The notes: generated from the sequence alone by a model not told the origin. DNA of 64,000 nucleotides from Planctomycetota bacterium (GCA_027493525.1 JAOSKN010000003.1:1223316-1287315); one strand, 5' to 3'. Counted from the stretch's first letter, positions 29,157 to 40,842 are shown. Numbers and translations: made by a program.

Positions 29157-30686
29157 ATGCGCAAGCCCGCTAACCGATCTCCCGCGCGCGCCCTGGCCCC
29201 CGCGCTCGCGCTGCTGCTGGTCCTTGCGCTGCCGGCCCCGCTGATCGCCTGCGGCTTCCATGCGGCCTACTTCACCGGCGACTTCCACGAAGACTGGCAG
29301 CGCCTCAAGCCGCGGCTCGACAAGGTCTCCCCCGCGACGTCGTTCGTCAACGGGCGCCCCGTGCTGCGCGGCGAACCGATGCGCGACGGCGTCGTCCGCG
29401 AGCTGCTGCGCATCCTGCGTTACGTCGATACCTACAACGACGCGCCCGACTCCCCGGGCTGGATGCACAGCGAGGAAGGGCGCGAGCACGCGCGCGCCTG
29501 CGCCGCCACGATCCTGCAGGAACTCGGCGCCGCCGCCGCGCCCGCGGTCTGGGAAGCCCTCGCCGACGAGATCCGCTTCGCCACCGAGGAACGGCGCAAG
29601 ACCCTCGCCGCCATCCGCGCCCGCCGCGACGAGCAGCAGGCCGCCTTCTTCAAGTACCGCGAGTCGGCCAAGCGCTTCCCTGAACTCAAGGCCGCCCTCG
29701 AACCCGCGCCGCCGAGCCGCGAGGACCGCGTCCTCGCCGCCTGGGTCGACGCCATGAATCTCGCCGGCGTCCCGTACGAAGGCATGCCGCGCGTCGCCGT
29801 GCAGGGCGCCGACGGCAAGGCCCACCGCGCGGTCCCCGCCAACCGCAGGACCGGCGCCTTCCCCTACGGCCTGCTGGGCGGAGACCAGCGCGTCTTCCAG
29901 CTCGTCGCGATGCACCCGCGCGCCGCCTCCGATCCCGACCTGCGCCTGCTCCTGGCCGAGTATCAGAAGCAGGCGCAGGAACTCGCCGGCGAGGTCCTGC
30001 GCTTCAACACCCGTTATCCCGCGCCCGGCGCGGGCATGGGCAACGTCGGCTCGGACATGCTCCCCGCCGACGAGTTCCGCGCCGACCTGGAGCAGGTCCT
30101 GGTAAACATGGGCCAGGGCGCGTTGGAGGTGCTGAAGCAAAACCTCCGCCATCGCAACCTCGAAGCCGCCAAGACCGCGCAGCGCCTCGCCGCGCTCGTC
30201 GAGGCGCAGCCGGTCCCGCCGCCGCTCCGCGACCTGCGCCTCGCGGAAAACGAGGACCGGCTGCTCGGCCGCCTCGCCGTGGAGGTCTGGGACGCCGACG
30301 ACCCCGTTCCCGACTCGCTCATCGCCGCGCGCGCGCTGGGCGAGCTGAAGGCCCGCGGCAAGGACGCTTGGCCCAAGCTGATCGAGTTGATGAAGTTCGA
30401 AAAGCTGAACCTGCGCAACGAATGCGCGCGCGCCCTGGTCAAGCTCACCCAGCAGCAGCTCGGCGACGACCCCGCCGCCTGGGAAGCCTGGCACAAGCGC
30501 GCCGTCCTCCAGCAACCGCTCGACATCGCGGAGAATCCCGAGTTCGAGGAGCGGCCCCGGCCCGACGTTTCGACCGAGGCCGGCGGCGAACTGCTCATCG
30601 GCCGCCGCGAAGGCGCCGCGGCCCCGGCCGCGAAGACGCCTGCGCCGCCGCTGGAAGAGGAAGAAGAAGATCAAGCGGAACCCTGA
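29157..30686 (+). CDS. Secreted helical/HEAT-like protein of unknown function (paralog B)
   Basis: Signal peptide; C-terminal ALVKLTQQQLGDDPAAWEAW; acidic tail. Confidence 0.75.
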   Translation: MRKPANRSPARALAPALALLLVLALPAPLIACGFHAAYFTGDFHEDWQRLKPRLDKVSPATSFVNGRPVLRGEPMRDGVVRELLRILRYVDTYNDAPDSPGWMHSEEGREHARACAATILQELGAAAAPAVWEALADEIRFATEERRKTLAAIRARRDEQQAAFFKYRESAKRFPELKAALEPAPPSREDRVLAAWVDAMNLAGVPYEGMPRVAVQGADGKAHRAVPANRRTGAFPYGLLGGDQRVFQLVAMHPRAASDPDLRLLLAEYQKQAQELAGEVLRFNTRYPAPGAGMGNVGSDMLPADEFRADLEQVLVNMGQGALEVLKQNLRHRNLEAAKTAQRLAALVEAQPVPPPLRDLRLAENEDRLLGRLAVEVWDADDPVPDSLIAARALGELKARGKDAWPKLIELMKFEKLNLRNECARALVKLTQQQLGDDPAAWEAWHKRAVLQQPLDIAENPEFEERPRPDVSTEAGGELLIGRREGAAAPAAKTPAPPLEEEEEDQAEP

Positions 30687-30827
30687 GGCGGGCATCAAAC
30701 GTATTGCGTATGTTCTAGGCATGGGCGTCCCGCCCGCCGTGCCACGGGTCGGCGCAGCCGCCCCGTGCCCCCGCTCCGTGCCGCCGGCTGCTGGCGCGCG
30801 ATCGATACGTATTGCGTAAGCAAGGCG

Positions 30828-32429
30828 ATGAATTTGCGCCCCGCGCGGGCGGCTTTATCATCGCCCGCGAAAGCCCCCGGGGATCCCCGCTTGCCCGCGT
30901 TCCTCTCCGCGCTCCGGCGCCGCCCCGCCGCCGCCGTGCTGCCCCTGGCCTTCGCCGTCCTCGCCGCCGCGCGCCTGCATACCTGGAACGAGCCGCTCGA
31001 GTTCGACCTCACCAGCTACTCGGTGGCCGCGCGCGAATGGCGCCACGGGCGCGCGCTCTACGCCGAACTCTGGGACCACAAGCCGCCCGCGCTCTTCGCC
31101 GCCTACGCCGCCGCGCAGGCGCTCTGCGGGATGACCGAGGCCTCGCTCTATCTGCTCTGGCTCGTCCCGGCCTGCCTCACCGCCGCGGGGCTCTACGCCG
31201 CCGGCGCCGCGCTGACCCGCTCGCGCCTTGGCGGCGTGCTGGCCGCGGCCTTCTGGGCCGCCGTCGCCGGCGACCTGCAACTCCAGGCCAACCAGCCGAA
31301 CACCGAGGTCTTCCTCAACGCCTGCCTCGTCTGGGCCTTCGTCTGCTGGCTCCGCGCCTCCGACGGCCGGCCGCGCCCGTGGACCTTCGCCGCGCTCGGG
31401 CTGTCGATGGCGCTGGCCTCGCTCTTCAAGCCCGTCGTCTTCGTCCACGCCGCGTTCGGGTCGCTCGCGTACCTGGCCTACCGCGTCGAACCCGGCGCGC
31501 CGGCGCGCGCCGCGAAGCACCTGGCCGTCGCCGCCGCCGCGGGGCTCGCGCCGTGGCTGCTCGTCGCGGGCGCCTTTTTGCTCAGCGGCGGGTACGTGGA
31601 CTTCGTGGCCGCGGTCTTCGACTACAACCGCTTCTTCTCGGGGCTCTGGAGCGCGAACGTGCGCATGGGCCTGAGCCTCTCCAAGCTCGTGCCCGCGGCG
31701 ATGGCCAACGTGACGCCGCTGCTGGGCCTCGCCGCGCTGGGCCTCGCGCTGGGCCGCTGGAAGAAGCCGCGCCCCCGCGACGCGCAACTGCTGGCCTACG
31801 CCGCCGCGACCTTCCTCGCCGTCTGCCTGCCCGGGCGCTTCTATCCGCACTACTACCAGCTCTGGCTCCCGGCGCTCTGCCTCGCCGGCGCGTGGGCGCT
31901 GCGGCGGCTCGCCGCGCGGCTCAGGCCCCGGCGCAAGCCGGCCTTGCTGCGCCTCGGCGCGGCCAGCGTCCTGCTGCTGGTGCTGCTCCAGGCCCCGAGC
32001 TACCGGCTCGAACCGGAGCAGTGGACGCGCGCCAAGTATCCCCACGAACGCTTTGTGGAAGTCCGCGAGCTGGCCTTCGACATCGAGCGGCTGCTCGAGC
32101 CGGGCGAGCGCTTCTACCAGTGGGGCAAGGAGACGGGGCTGTACTTCTACTCGAAGCGCCGCCCGCCGTCGGGGATCCTATTCCATGAGCCCCTGCGCGC
32201 CGGGCCGCTGACCGAACCGCTCCGCGCGCGGCTGCTCGCGGACCTGGAAGCCGCGCGCCCGGAGCTGCTGGTGCTGGCCAGCGACGCGCCGTGGCCGCCG
32301 CCGCTGGAGGCCTGGGTCGCGGCGCGGTACGAACCGCTCCCGGAGAGCTGGCAGCCGCGCGGGTTCCGGTATCTCGGGCTGAAGGGCGGGAAGCTGCTGG
32401 CGCGCGCGCAGGCGGCGCGCATGGATTGA
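30828..32429 (+). CDS. GT-C fold (ArnT/PMT-like) membrane glycosyltransferase
   Basis: LYAELWDHKPP, ANQPNTE and FYPHYY motifs; many TMs. Confidence 0.85.
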   Translation: MNLRPARAALSSPAKAPGDPRLPAFLSALRRRPAAAVLPLAFAVLAAARLHTWNEPLEFDLTSYSVAAREWRHGRALYAELWDHKPPALFAAYAAAQALCGMTEASLYLLWLVPACLTAAGLYAAGAALTRSRLGGVLAAAFWAAVAGDLQLQANQPNTEVFLNACLVWAFVCWLRASDGRPRPWTFAALGLSMALASLFKPVVFVHAAFGSLAYLAYRVEPGAPARAAKHLAVAAAAGLAPWLLVAGAFLLSGGYVDFVAAVFDYNRFFSGLWSANVRMGLSLSKLVPAAMANVTPLLGLAALGLALGRWKKPRPRDAQLLAYAAATFLAVCLPGRFYPHYYQLWLPALCLAGAWALRRLAARLRPRRKPALLRLGAASVLLLVLLQAPSYRLEPEQWTRAKYPHERFVEVRELAFDIERLLEPGERFYQWGKETGLYFYSKRRPPSGILFHEPLRAGPLTEPLRARLLADLEAARPELLVLASDAPWPPPLEAWVAARYEPLPESWQPRGFRYLGLKGGKLLARAQAARMD

Positions 32430-32481
32430 GCGAGAAACGGCTGTGTAGCGTTGCGGAAAGTCCCGGGGCTTCCGCCTCCGC

Positions 32482-35400
32482 CTACTTCACGTCCCGCGCG
32501 TTCGGCATCGTCGTCACCGTGTCCGGAAGATGCTCCACCTCCGCGTCGTCCGGCAGCTTTTCGAGGCGGAAATCGTCGAGCAATAGCGCTTTGCCTTCCC
32601 CGGCGAGGAAGTACAGGTTCCCCGGATGGAACGGCGCGGGCGTGAGCAGCGTGAAGCTCACCCGCGTCCAGTCCCGGTCGTTGACCTCGAACGACTCCCG
32701 GAAGCGCAGGTACCGCCCGTCGATGGCGTTGTTCTTGCCCAGGATCCGGTTCACGTCCACGCTCGCGCCGAACGCGCCCTCGAGCGCGCGGGCCGCGAAC
32801 GAGAGCCGGTATTTCGCGGCCGGTTCGAGGCGGTAATTCAGGACCTTCTTGCTTCCGGCCAGGAGCGAGCGCTTCCCGTCGGCCGCCGCCGCCTCGTGGT
32901 ACGTCCCGCCGAAGCGGTCGAACTCGAACGAGGGATCGTCCATGAACGGGTAGGCGCCGGCGCGGAGCTTCCGGACGGCGCCCTCGGCTTCGACCTCCAG
33001 GTCCACGATCTCCGGGCGGCGCAGCGCCGCCGGGTCGGCGTAGGGGAAGCTGACCGTCGCCAGTTCGCCCGGGCCGACGCTGAACGGGAGCTTCGCCGTC
33101 TCGAGGGCCGCGTGGGCCGAGGCCGCGCGGACCTCGCCCGAGATCGCGCGCTGCGTCGGGTTGTAGAGGTGGACGTCCATCTGCCTGAAGTCGCGCTGGT
33201 CCCAGTGCGAGAGCAGGCTGTGGACGCCCCGGGCCTCGCGGACGAAGAGGATCCCGCAGAGCTGCCGCGCCGGGACGAGGAACTCCACCGTCGGCCGCCC
33301 GCCGCGGTAGACGGTCTCGAAGCGGATCTCGCGCGGCGGCCGGCCCAGTTCCAGCAGCACCGCGCGGGTCGGGATCCAGTCGGCGGGCGCCGTGCCGGCG
33401 GCGTCCAACTCGGCCAGCGGCGTCAGGTCGATCCGCGCCCTGTAGTCGTGCCACGCGCGCCCTTCCAGCGTGGCGTTGCCTTCCGGCCAGTCGCGCCGGC
33501 TGCGGTTCCAGAACTGCGCCAGGAAGCCGCGCGTCCCGTCGGGGCTGAGCACGCGATGCAGCTTCCCGTTCAGCTCGCTCTCGCTGAGCATGATGCGGCC
33601 CTTGAACTGCGAGGCCAGCGGGAGGTTCCCGTCGATCTCCAGCCCCAGGTCGTCGAGGAAGCGCGCCTCGTTGATCCAGCGCGTGATCCAGTTGCGCAGG
33701 CGCACGACCTCGACCGCCCACGGCTCCTCCTCGCGGTGGTCCAGCCGCGTGCCGTACATCCACGCCGAGTTGAAGCGCTTGAAGCGCTTCGCGCCCCAGC
33801 CCGAGCCCGACTGCCCCTCGAACTGCAAGTGGTCGGGATGCGTGAAGCGGAGCATCTCGCTGTCCATGCTGCTGCTGCCCACCTGCTGGGCCATGTAGGG
33901 CTGGTAGGCGTCGCACTGCATCTCCATGATCGGGAGGAAGTCCGGGTTGCGCTTGCGGCTCTCCTCGAGGATGCGTTTGGCGAGCTGCGAACGGTGGTAG
34001 CCGCCGCGCCCTTCGCCGTGCATCCCGAGGTGGGGGTTGTACTCCGGGATGTAGCCCTGGGTGTGGAACGTGTCGAGGTACGCGGTCGTGCAGTGGAAGT
34101 CCCCGGCGTACTTCTCGGCGACCCAGAAGGTCAGCCAGTCGCGCCACGGCTTGCTGTAGGCGGACATGGCCGTGTACGCCCACGGATAGCCGCCGCGGAA
34201 GCCGCTGGCGCGGATCTTCTCCATTTCCCCGGGCCACTCGGCCTTCGGCTCCGGGGGCTTGCGCGCGGGCGAGCCGTAGCGCGCGTTCTCGAGCAGCCAC
34301 TGCCAGGCCTTGCCCTCCTTCTTGCCGGGCGGCGCGGCCCAGTCGGGCATCCGCTCCCACGGCGTGCCGAAGAAGTCCTTGCAGGCGTCGTCGAAGACCC
34401 ACGTCGAAGGCCCTTGCGGCAGGATGTAGTAGCCGATCTGCCCGCCCTGCTCGCGCCAGGACTTGTTGAGCTTCGCGAAGGCCTCCGGCCCGCCGGCGTC
34501 GTCGGGCGGATAGTAGTAGCAGGGGCAGGACTGCGCGGTGTCGGAACCCCAGACCTGCACGTGGCTGAAGCCCATCTCGATCGCCTTGCGCAGCACGCCT
34601 TCCGTCATGGACTCGTACTGGAAGCCCGGGCGCTGGAACGAGACGTTCCCGAACATCCAGCCGTCGGTGTCGGCCGTCCACGCCGGCCACGTCGCGTCGG
34701 GGAAGACGGTCCGGAACCAGGCCTTGTACCAGAGCGCGCCGGCGTGCCAGTCGCCCGCGTGCGCGCCCAGCGCCGCGTGGAAGGTCGCCTCGCCGCCGCC
34801 GGCCTTGATGCGGTCCTGCCGCAGCAGGCTGAAGCCCATCCAGGTCCGCGAGGCGTCGGGCGCGGCCTTGAAGACCGACGAGACCAGCTTCGGGTCGTGC
34901 GTCCCGAGGTAGAAGCCGGCCTGCCCGTCGTAGAGGTCGAAGTACCCCCGCCGGGCCGATCGGGTACGGGCTCTCCAGCGCCGCCTTGGTGGTCGGATCG
35001 GGGAACTTCTTCCCCGTCCCATACGGCCACAGCAGCGTGTCGTCGCGCCCGTCGGCCCCGATGCGGACTTGCTCCAGGATCGGGAAGTGGACTTGCAGGA
35101 CGTCCTCCGCGTGCCCGTTCTTCACCGTGACGTCCGACTCCAGGTAGCCGGCGTCGGTGAGCGTGTAGCGGGTGACGACCTCGATCGGCAGCTCGAGACC
35201 CCGGTACTGGAAGCGCGCCTCGCGCCCGGAGACGGCGCCTTCGACGAGCTTGAAGCCGCTCGCGGCGTCGAGCCACAAGCCGCTGTCGTTCTTCCCGTCG
35301 TCGGGCTTGACGAAGACGCGGAAGGCGGGGCTCTCCAGGCCCGGCGGGACGAGCTTCGCCGAGCCGGCGCCGAGCGTCTCGATGCCCGCCAGCGCGCCGG

Positions 35401-36385
35401 TCCGCGCCGAGAAGGTGTAGCGGACGTTCTCGCCCGCGAGCTGCGGGTAGGCGGCGGGGTCCACCTCGGCCAGGACCTCCGGCAGCGCGAGGACCGGGAT
35501 CTCCGCGGGGCCGTCGGTCTCGAGCGTCAGGCGCACGCGGAGCGAGGCCGGCGGCGCCTGCGGCTCGTGGCTCAGCGCGCCGTCGAAGGGCAACGCGGTC
35601 CACGTCCCGCCCTCGTCGAAGGACGTCTCGCAGCTCACGCGCCCGTGGGCGTTGAGCCGGTCCAGGTGCACGCGCCGCCAGGCCTTCACGCCCGGCAGGC
35701 GCAGCGTCTTGAAGTCCAGCGTCGCCGACTTGGAGAAGGCCGAAGGCGTCGCGGGGGGCCCGAGCCCCTCCGGGACGAACTCCGCGTCGGGATGCAGCAC
35801 GATCCGGTCCAGGCGCTTGCCGCCGTGCAGGTTCGAGATCGTGACCGTCGTGAAGCCCTTGCGCAGTTCGACCGTGCCGGTCTGCTGCCAGTACCAAGTC
35901 CTGAACTCCTTGGACGCGAGGACCACCGGCGCGGGCGCGCCGGTCCCGACCTGCTGGTTGTAGACCCAGTGCCCGCCCGACGGGCGCCAGAGCCGCGTCC
36001 AGACCTGGTACGTGCCGGGAAAGCGCACGATGACCGGGAGCACCAGCGTCGTGGCGCGTTCGATATACTTCCCGCCGGCGGCCTCCGGATCCTCGAAGTC
36101 GCGGTTCTGGCCGTGGGCGCGGAGCGCGTCCATGATCGCCTCGCTGGACGTGCCGCTCTTGTCCACGTCCTGCCAGAAGACGTCGTCGTAGTTCTCGGCC
36201 TCCAGGGCCAAGTACTTCACGTTTCCCGGCTGCGAAGGCACGGCGCCTTTGAGGCTGATGCGCCCGCCGCTGACGTACGCCCCGGAGTTCTGCTCCACGC
36301 TCAGCGGGAGCGCGAAGACGCGGGGCTCCTCGGCGCCGAAGAGCGAGGCGCAGGCCAGAAGCAGCAGGGCGATTCGCAGGTACAT
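32482..36385 (-). CDS. Large secreted glycoside-hydrolase-like protein (DUF6259-like), frameshifted at ~34947
   Basis: Signal peptide and CBM-like N-terminus in ORF 32147..36385. GDWHAGALWYKAW, AYLDTF and IMEMQCD are in ORF 32482..35022. Confidence 0.65.
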
Positions 36386-36447
36386 CGGACATCCTCCGCG
36401 GAAACGAGGCGCGTCCGCGCGGCTTGCGTCAACGCGCGGCAGAGGCT

Positions 36448-37712
36448 CTATTTTTCGATCAGGACATCGGGGACGGGCACGGTGGTGACGCCCACCATGC
36501 AGTCGCGCAGCTTCAGGTAGCCCTTGCCGATCAGGAACTCCTGGGGCTCGGTGAACGCGCCCAGGCGGCAGCGGTCGAGCAGGATGTTGGGCTTCACGCC
36601 GTCGATCTCGTGCGCGACGATCTTGCCGATCTTGAAGTTGTACCAGTCGCGCAACGTCACGCAGGTGTTCCCGCCGACTTCGATGAAGGGTTTCTCCAGG
36701 GAGACCTTGTTCGCGATATGCCCGTGGTTCAACACGATCAGGGCGGGCTTGTTGCCGTCCTGCTGAATCAGTTTGTACTCCTTGGAGTTCGCGTCGAGCT
36801 TCAGGTTATTGCAGACGTAGGAAGCGTTGTTCTTGCCGATCGCGACAAAGCCCGGCTCGTCGCGGATGTGGATGCCCACGTTCCCGGCGATGATCTTCCA
36901 GGCATCGACCCACAAGTTGCCGCCGCCCCAGAAGTCGAACATCTCGCCGACCCCGCGCGTATGGACGTAATCGAACTTGAAGCCCATGCCCATGGCGTTC
37001 ATCACGCGAAGCCCATACCCGCAATTGGTCACGGTGAGGTAACCGAAAACCAAGTTGTCGCAGTTGTGCTCCGTCGGCTTCTGCCCGACCTGGATGGCGA
37101 TCTCGCAATCCTCGATATGCAGGGACGGGAAATGATGCTTGCCGCTCCCGATGCCCTTGCCCGGCTTGGTCACCAGGATGCCGATGCCGGCGCGTCCTTC
37201 GGCGCCTATGGGCCGGCCAATGATCGAGAGGTCACGCACCTCCATTTCGCCTCCACGCATCTCCAGCACCGTGCCACCCGGCGGCCCCACCCAGACCAGG
37301 GCCGTGACGCCCCCGTCCAGAGAAGAGCCCTCCTTCATCGCCCCCCGCGACCGCTGCCGAGCAACTGCCCGCCAACTTTGAAGGGGGCAACGATGGTCTT
37401 GGAGATCAGCAGCGGCCCCGCCGGCAGCAGGATGGGCTTGCGGTGCTGGCCCTGCGTGTCGAGCGCGCGCTGCAAGACCTCCGTGCAGTCCTGACCCACC
37501 ACGGCGCCGTGCCGGCGCAGGTCGTAGAAAGACGAATCGTCGGAATCCGCCGCGATGACGGGCGCCGGAGGGACATCTGCCGCCTCGGGAACGCCGGGCG
37601 TATCCTCCGTATCGTCGTCCTCCGCCCAAGCCGGGCACGCCGCGAACGCGGCCGCCATGAACAGAAAGCAGGTCATGCCAAATCCGCGTATAACGTCCAT
37701 GCGCTCGATCAT
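36448..37712 (-). CDS. Secreted beta-helix (pectate-lyase-3/GH28-related) protein, frameshifted at ~37343
   Basis: YDLRRHGAVVGQDCTEVLQRALD...LPAGPLLISKT entry motif followed by beta-helix-like repeats. Confidence 0.7.
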
Positions 37713-37796
37713 GAAACTCGAACCTCCCGAATTTTCGATCCTCGCCGGAGGTAAGCCGCGCCCGAAGGGGCGCGCCGCCGCCACCGCGCCTGGCCG

Positions 37797-38828
37797 CTAC
37801 TCGACCAACAATCCCGGCCCCTGTTCTCGAAGCAGAAGCTGCGGCTTGATAAACTCGACCGCCGTGTCCCGCTCCGCACTACGCGCCAGCGCGCGACGCC
37901 AGATTTCGAGGTACGGAATTCGAAAGGAATGGAACGCGCGGCCCGGCTGCATGGACCAGGGGGTCGCGTTCACGCCGCAGCACTCGAGCGGACCGGCACC
38001 GGGCGCGCGGGCGCGCAGGAGCGTCAGGAAGCGCCAGAGCGTGTAGTCGGTCCAGCCGAAGACGGCGCTCGCGCCAGGCAGCACCGCGCGCAGGCGCTGC
38101 GGTTCGTCCTCCAGCGACTGCATCGCGACGATCCGGTGGCGCGCGGGATCGAAAGGCTCGCCGAGCGCCGCGAGCGCCTGCTTCAGCAGCCGCGTAAGCA
38201 GCGGGACCTGCCACTCCAGAATGGCGAGCCAGACGATCTCGTGGCGCCCGCGACCGAGGAAGTGCGCCGCGGCCTGGCGGATCAGGTCCGCGTGATCGGT
38301 CAGCACCGCCGGGCCTTGCGGCGGCTGGTCCCAGAACCAGCGATTGCAGGCGACGACGCGCAGACCCTGGGCCATGCTCCGGATGCGGCGGATGTCGCCC
38401 TGGTCGCCGGAGAGGTCCACCAGCACGGCGCGCGCCCGCAGCGAGGCGATGGCCTGGAGGCCCAGCGCCAGCCGCGCCTCGTCGCGCTCGAAGGCGATCT
38501 GAACCTGGATCGCGCCGGCTTCGCCCAGCGCCGTATCCAGGTCCTTGAAGTAAGGTTCGAGTTCGGCGGGGAGGTAACTGGTCAGCAGGCCGAAGGTGGC
38601 GGTCTGCGTCTCGGCGACGAAGATCCCGCGCCGCGGCTCGCGCGTGATGAACCCTTCGCTCTCCAGGGCATCGAAGGCCGAGAGCACCACCGTCCGGCTC
38701 ACCGCGAAGCGCCCGGCCAGTTCGCGGACGTTCGCCAACCGGCTGCCGGGCGCGACGAGGCCCTGGACGATCTCGCGCCGGAGCGCCTCGGTGACTTGCT
38801 GGGTCTTGGAGAGTGCGGCCTCGAACAT
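37797..38828 (-). CDS. GntR wHTH regulator with LacI-type sugar-binding domain
   Basis: GSRLANVRELAGRFAVSRTVV...LESEGFI...RRGIFV. Confidence 0.88.
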   Translation of the reverse strand: MFEAALSKTQQVTEALRREIVQGLVAPGSRLANVRELAGRFAVSRTVVLSAFDALESEGFITREPRRGIFVAETQTATFGLLTSYLPAELEPYFKDLDTALGEAGAIQVQIAFERDEARLALGLQAIASLRARAVLVDLSGDQGDIRRIRSMAQGLRVVACNRWFWDQPPQGPAVLTDHADLIRQAAAHFLGRGRHEIVWLAILEWQVPLLTRLLKQALAALGEPFDPARHRIVAMQSLEDEPQRLRAVLPGASAVFGWTDYTLWRFLTLLRARAPGAGPLECCGVNATPWSMQPGRAFHSFRIPYLEIWRRALARSAERDTAVEFIKPQLLLREQGPGLLVE

Positions 38829-38851
38829 CAGGGGGCTCCCGAATCTGTCCT

Positions 38852-39005
38852 TGTCTGATACTTAAAAGTGACAGGTGGTGACAGACATAGAGAGTCTTAC
38901 CCCACAAGTGAGGCGGTGGTCAGCGGAAAACAAAATAATGTTGTAATATATTATAATATAATAGGTTGCACTTATGATTTTACTCCGAGAAGCAGGTATC
39001 AGACA
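38852..39005. promoter_or_regulatory. AT-rich regulatory region with inverted TGTCTGATAC / GTATCAGACA boxes
   Basis: Boxes at ~38852 and ~38996, plus a partial TGACAGACA at ~38879. Confidence 0.45.
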
Positions 39006-39072
39006 TTCAAATGGAAGATCCCATGACCTGGTTGAGGACATTTGATGGGAAATCCAAATACCGTATAAAATC

Positions 39073-40458
39073 CTAAATACTACCCCCCTCCATGAGCATC
39101 CGGCGCACCCAATGGGTCTTCATCAGCGGGTCGCGGAGTTCCAGAAAGGCCGCGTAGAGCTTCGCGCGCATCTCGGCGAGCTTCGTCGCGTGGGCGGGGT
39201 CTTCGGCGAGGTTCCGGCCTTCGTGGGGGTCGGCGCGAAGGTCGTAGAGTTCGTCCAGATCGGTCGGATTCCAGACCAGCTTCCAGTCCTTGTCCCGGTA
39301 CATGCGCTGCGAGTACATCCCGAACTGCCCGCCGTGGTACGTTGCCAGCAGCCGCCGGCGGCAGGGCGAGTCGTCGTCCTGCCCTTTCAGGATCGGCAGC
39401 AGCGAACGGCCTTGGAATTTCGCCGGGACCGCGCCGGTCGCGAGGTCCGCGAAGGTTGCGGCGAGATCCAGCACGTTGCTGGCGAAGCCGTCATAGCGCC
39501 GCCCGGGCGCGATCGTGCCGGGCCAGCGCGCCAGGAGCGGCACGCGGACGATCTCGTCGTAGAGGTTGCAGTGCTTGTCGAAGAGCCCGTGAGCGCCGGT
39601 CATGTCGCCGTGGTCGGTGCTGTATACGACCAGGGTCTCTCCGGCGATGCCGTCCTCTTCCAAGGCGTCCAGGAGCGTGCCGACGCGCCGGTCGATCATG
39701 CTCACCGAGCCGAAATAGCCGGCGGCCTGGCGGTCCCAGTAGCCGCGCCAGGGCTTGCCGTCGAGTTCCCAGGTGCGGCGCATCTGCCGCTGCTGGCGCG
39801 GCTTGCCGGCCAGATCGTCGGCGAAATTCGGCCAGGGTTCGATGGCGGCAGGGTCGTACATCGAGGCGTACGGCTCGGGCGTGTGGTACGGCGGATGCGG
39901 CTCCTCGAAGTTGAGCATCGCGAAGAACGGCCGGTCGCGTCCGGCCTGGGCGCGGATGAACTCCCGCGTCAACGCCGTGACGCGCGCGCTCTGGTGTTCC
40001 TCCGGCGCGCCCGCGACGGGATGCGGGAGGCACGGCGGGAGGCTGTCGCGCGGTGGGAGGCCCGCGTGGTTCTTCTCGGGCGGCACGTTGAGGAACTCGT
40101 CGAAGCCCACGTCCTGCGGCTTGTAGCCCGGCGCGACGTGCCACTTGCCGGCGTGCGCGGAGACGTAGCCGGCCCGCTTCAGCAGCCGCGGGAAGAACTC
40201 CAGGCTCAGCGGCGCATGCGCGCGGGACTCGCTGAGGTTGAAGAGCGCGATCCCGCCGTGCTCGACCGGCCACAAGCCCGTCAGGAGCGACTGCCGCGCC
40301 GGCGCGCTGACGGGCGTGTTGCAGCCCGCGTGCGTGAAGACCAGGCCCTCGCGCGCCAGCCGGTCCAGATTCGGCGTCTTCACCAGCGGATGCCCGGCAT
40401 AGCCCGCGCAATCGTGGCGGTGCTGGTCGCTGAAAATGAAGAGGATATTGGGCTTCAC
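39073..40458 (-). CDS. Family S1 sulfatase, Ser-type
   Basis: PNILFIFSDQHR, SAPARQSLLTG, GKWH, PHPP, STDHG and ELYDLRADPHE motifs. Confidence 0.93.
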   Translation of the reverse strand: MKPNILFIFSDQHRHDCAGYAGHPLVKTPNLDRLAREGLVFTHAGCNTPVSAPARQSLLTGLWPVEHGGIALFNLSESRAHAPLSLEFFPRLLKRAGYVSAHAGKWHVAPGYKPQDVGFDEFLNVPPEKNHAGLPPRDSLPPCLPHPVAGAPEEHQSARVTALTREFIRAQAGRDRPFFAMLNFEEPHPPYHTPEPYASMYDPAAIEPWPNFADDLAGKPRQQRQMRRTWELDGKPWRGYWDRQAAGYFGSVSMIDRRVGTLLDALEEDGIAGETLVVYSTDHGDMTGAHGLFDKHCNLYDEIVRVPLLARWPGTIAPGRRYDGFASNVLDLAATFADLATGAVPAKFQGRSLLPILKGQDDDSPCRRRLLATYHGGQFGMYSQRMYRDKDWKLVWNPTDLDELYDLRADPHEGRNLAEDPAHATKLAEMRAKLYAAFLELRDPLMKTHWVRRMLMEGGSI

Positions 40459-40469
40459 GGAGCGAGCCT

Positions 40470-40842
40470 AAATTCCAAGTGCCCAGGAACCAAGATGCCA
40501 AACAAAACGGCAAATCACAAACGGCAAGAACCAAGATGCCGGGCAAAACGGAAAATCTCAATCGGCAAGAACCAAGATGCCAAACAAAACGGCAAATCAC
40601 AAACGGCAAGAACCAAACAAACGGCAAACGGCAAACAGCAAACGACAAACAGCAACCGCGAACGAATTGGGATTGAACCACATCAAAAACTCTGCGGCCC
40701 TCTGTGTACTCTGTGCCTCTGTGGTGAGCTGTTCGCTGTTCGCTGTTCGCTGTTCGCTGTTCGCTGTTCGCTGTTCGCTGTTCGCTGTTCGCCGTTCGCC
40801 GCGTGCCGTTCATTCCGCATTCCGCATTTTGAATTCCGCATT
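40470..40842. repeat. Mosaic heptamer arrays: (CAAACGG/CAAGAAC...) then (CTGTTCG)x~10 and (TTCCGCA)
   Basis: Seen directly; related mosaics at 12865-12925, 14005-14080, 22980-23020 and 23860-23970. Confidence 0.88.
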
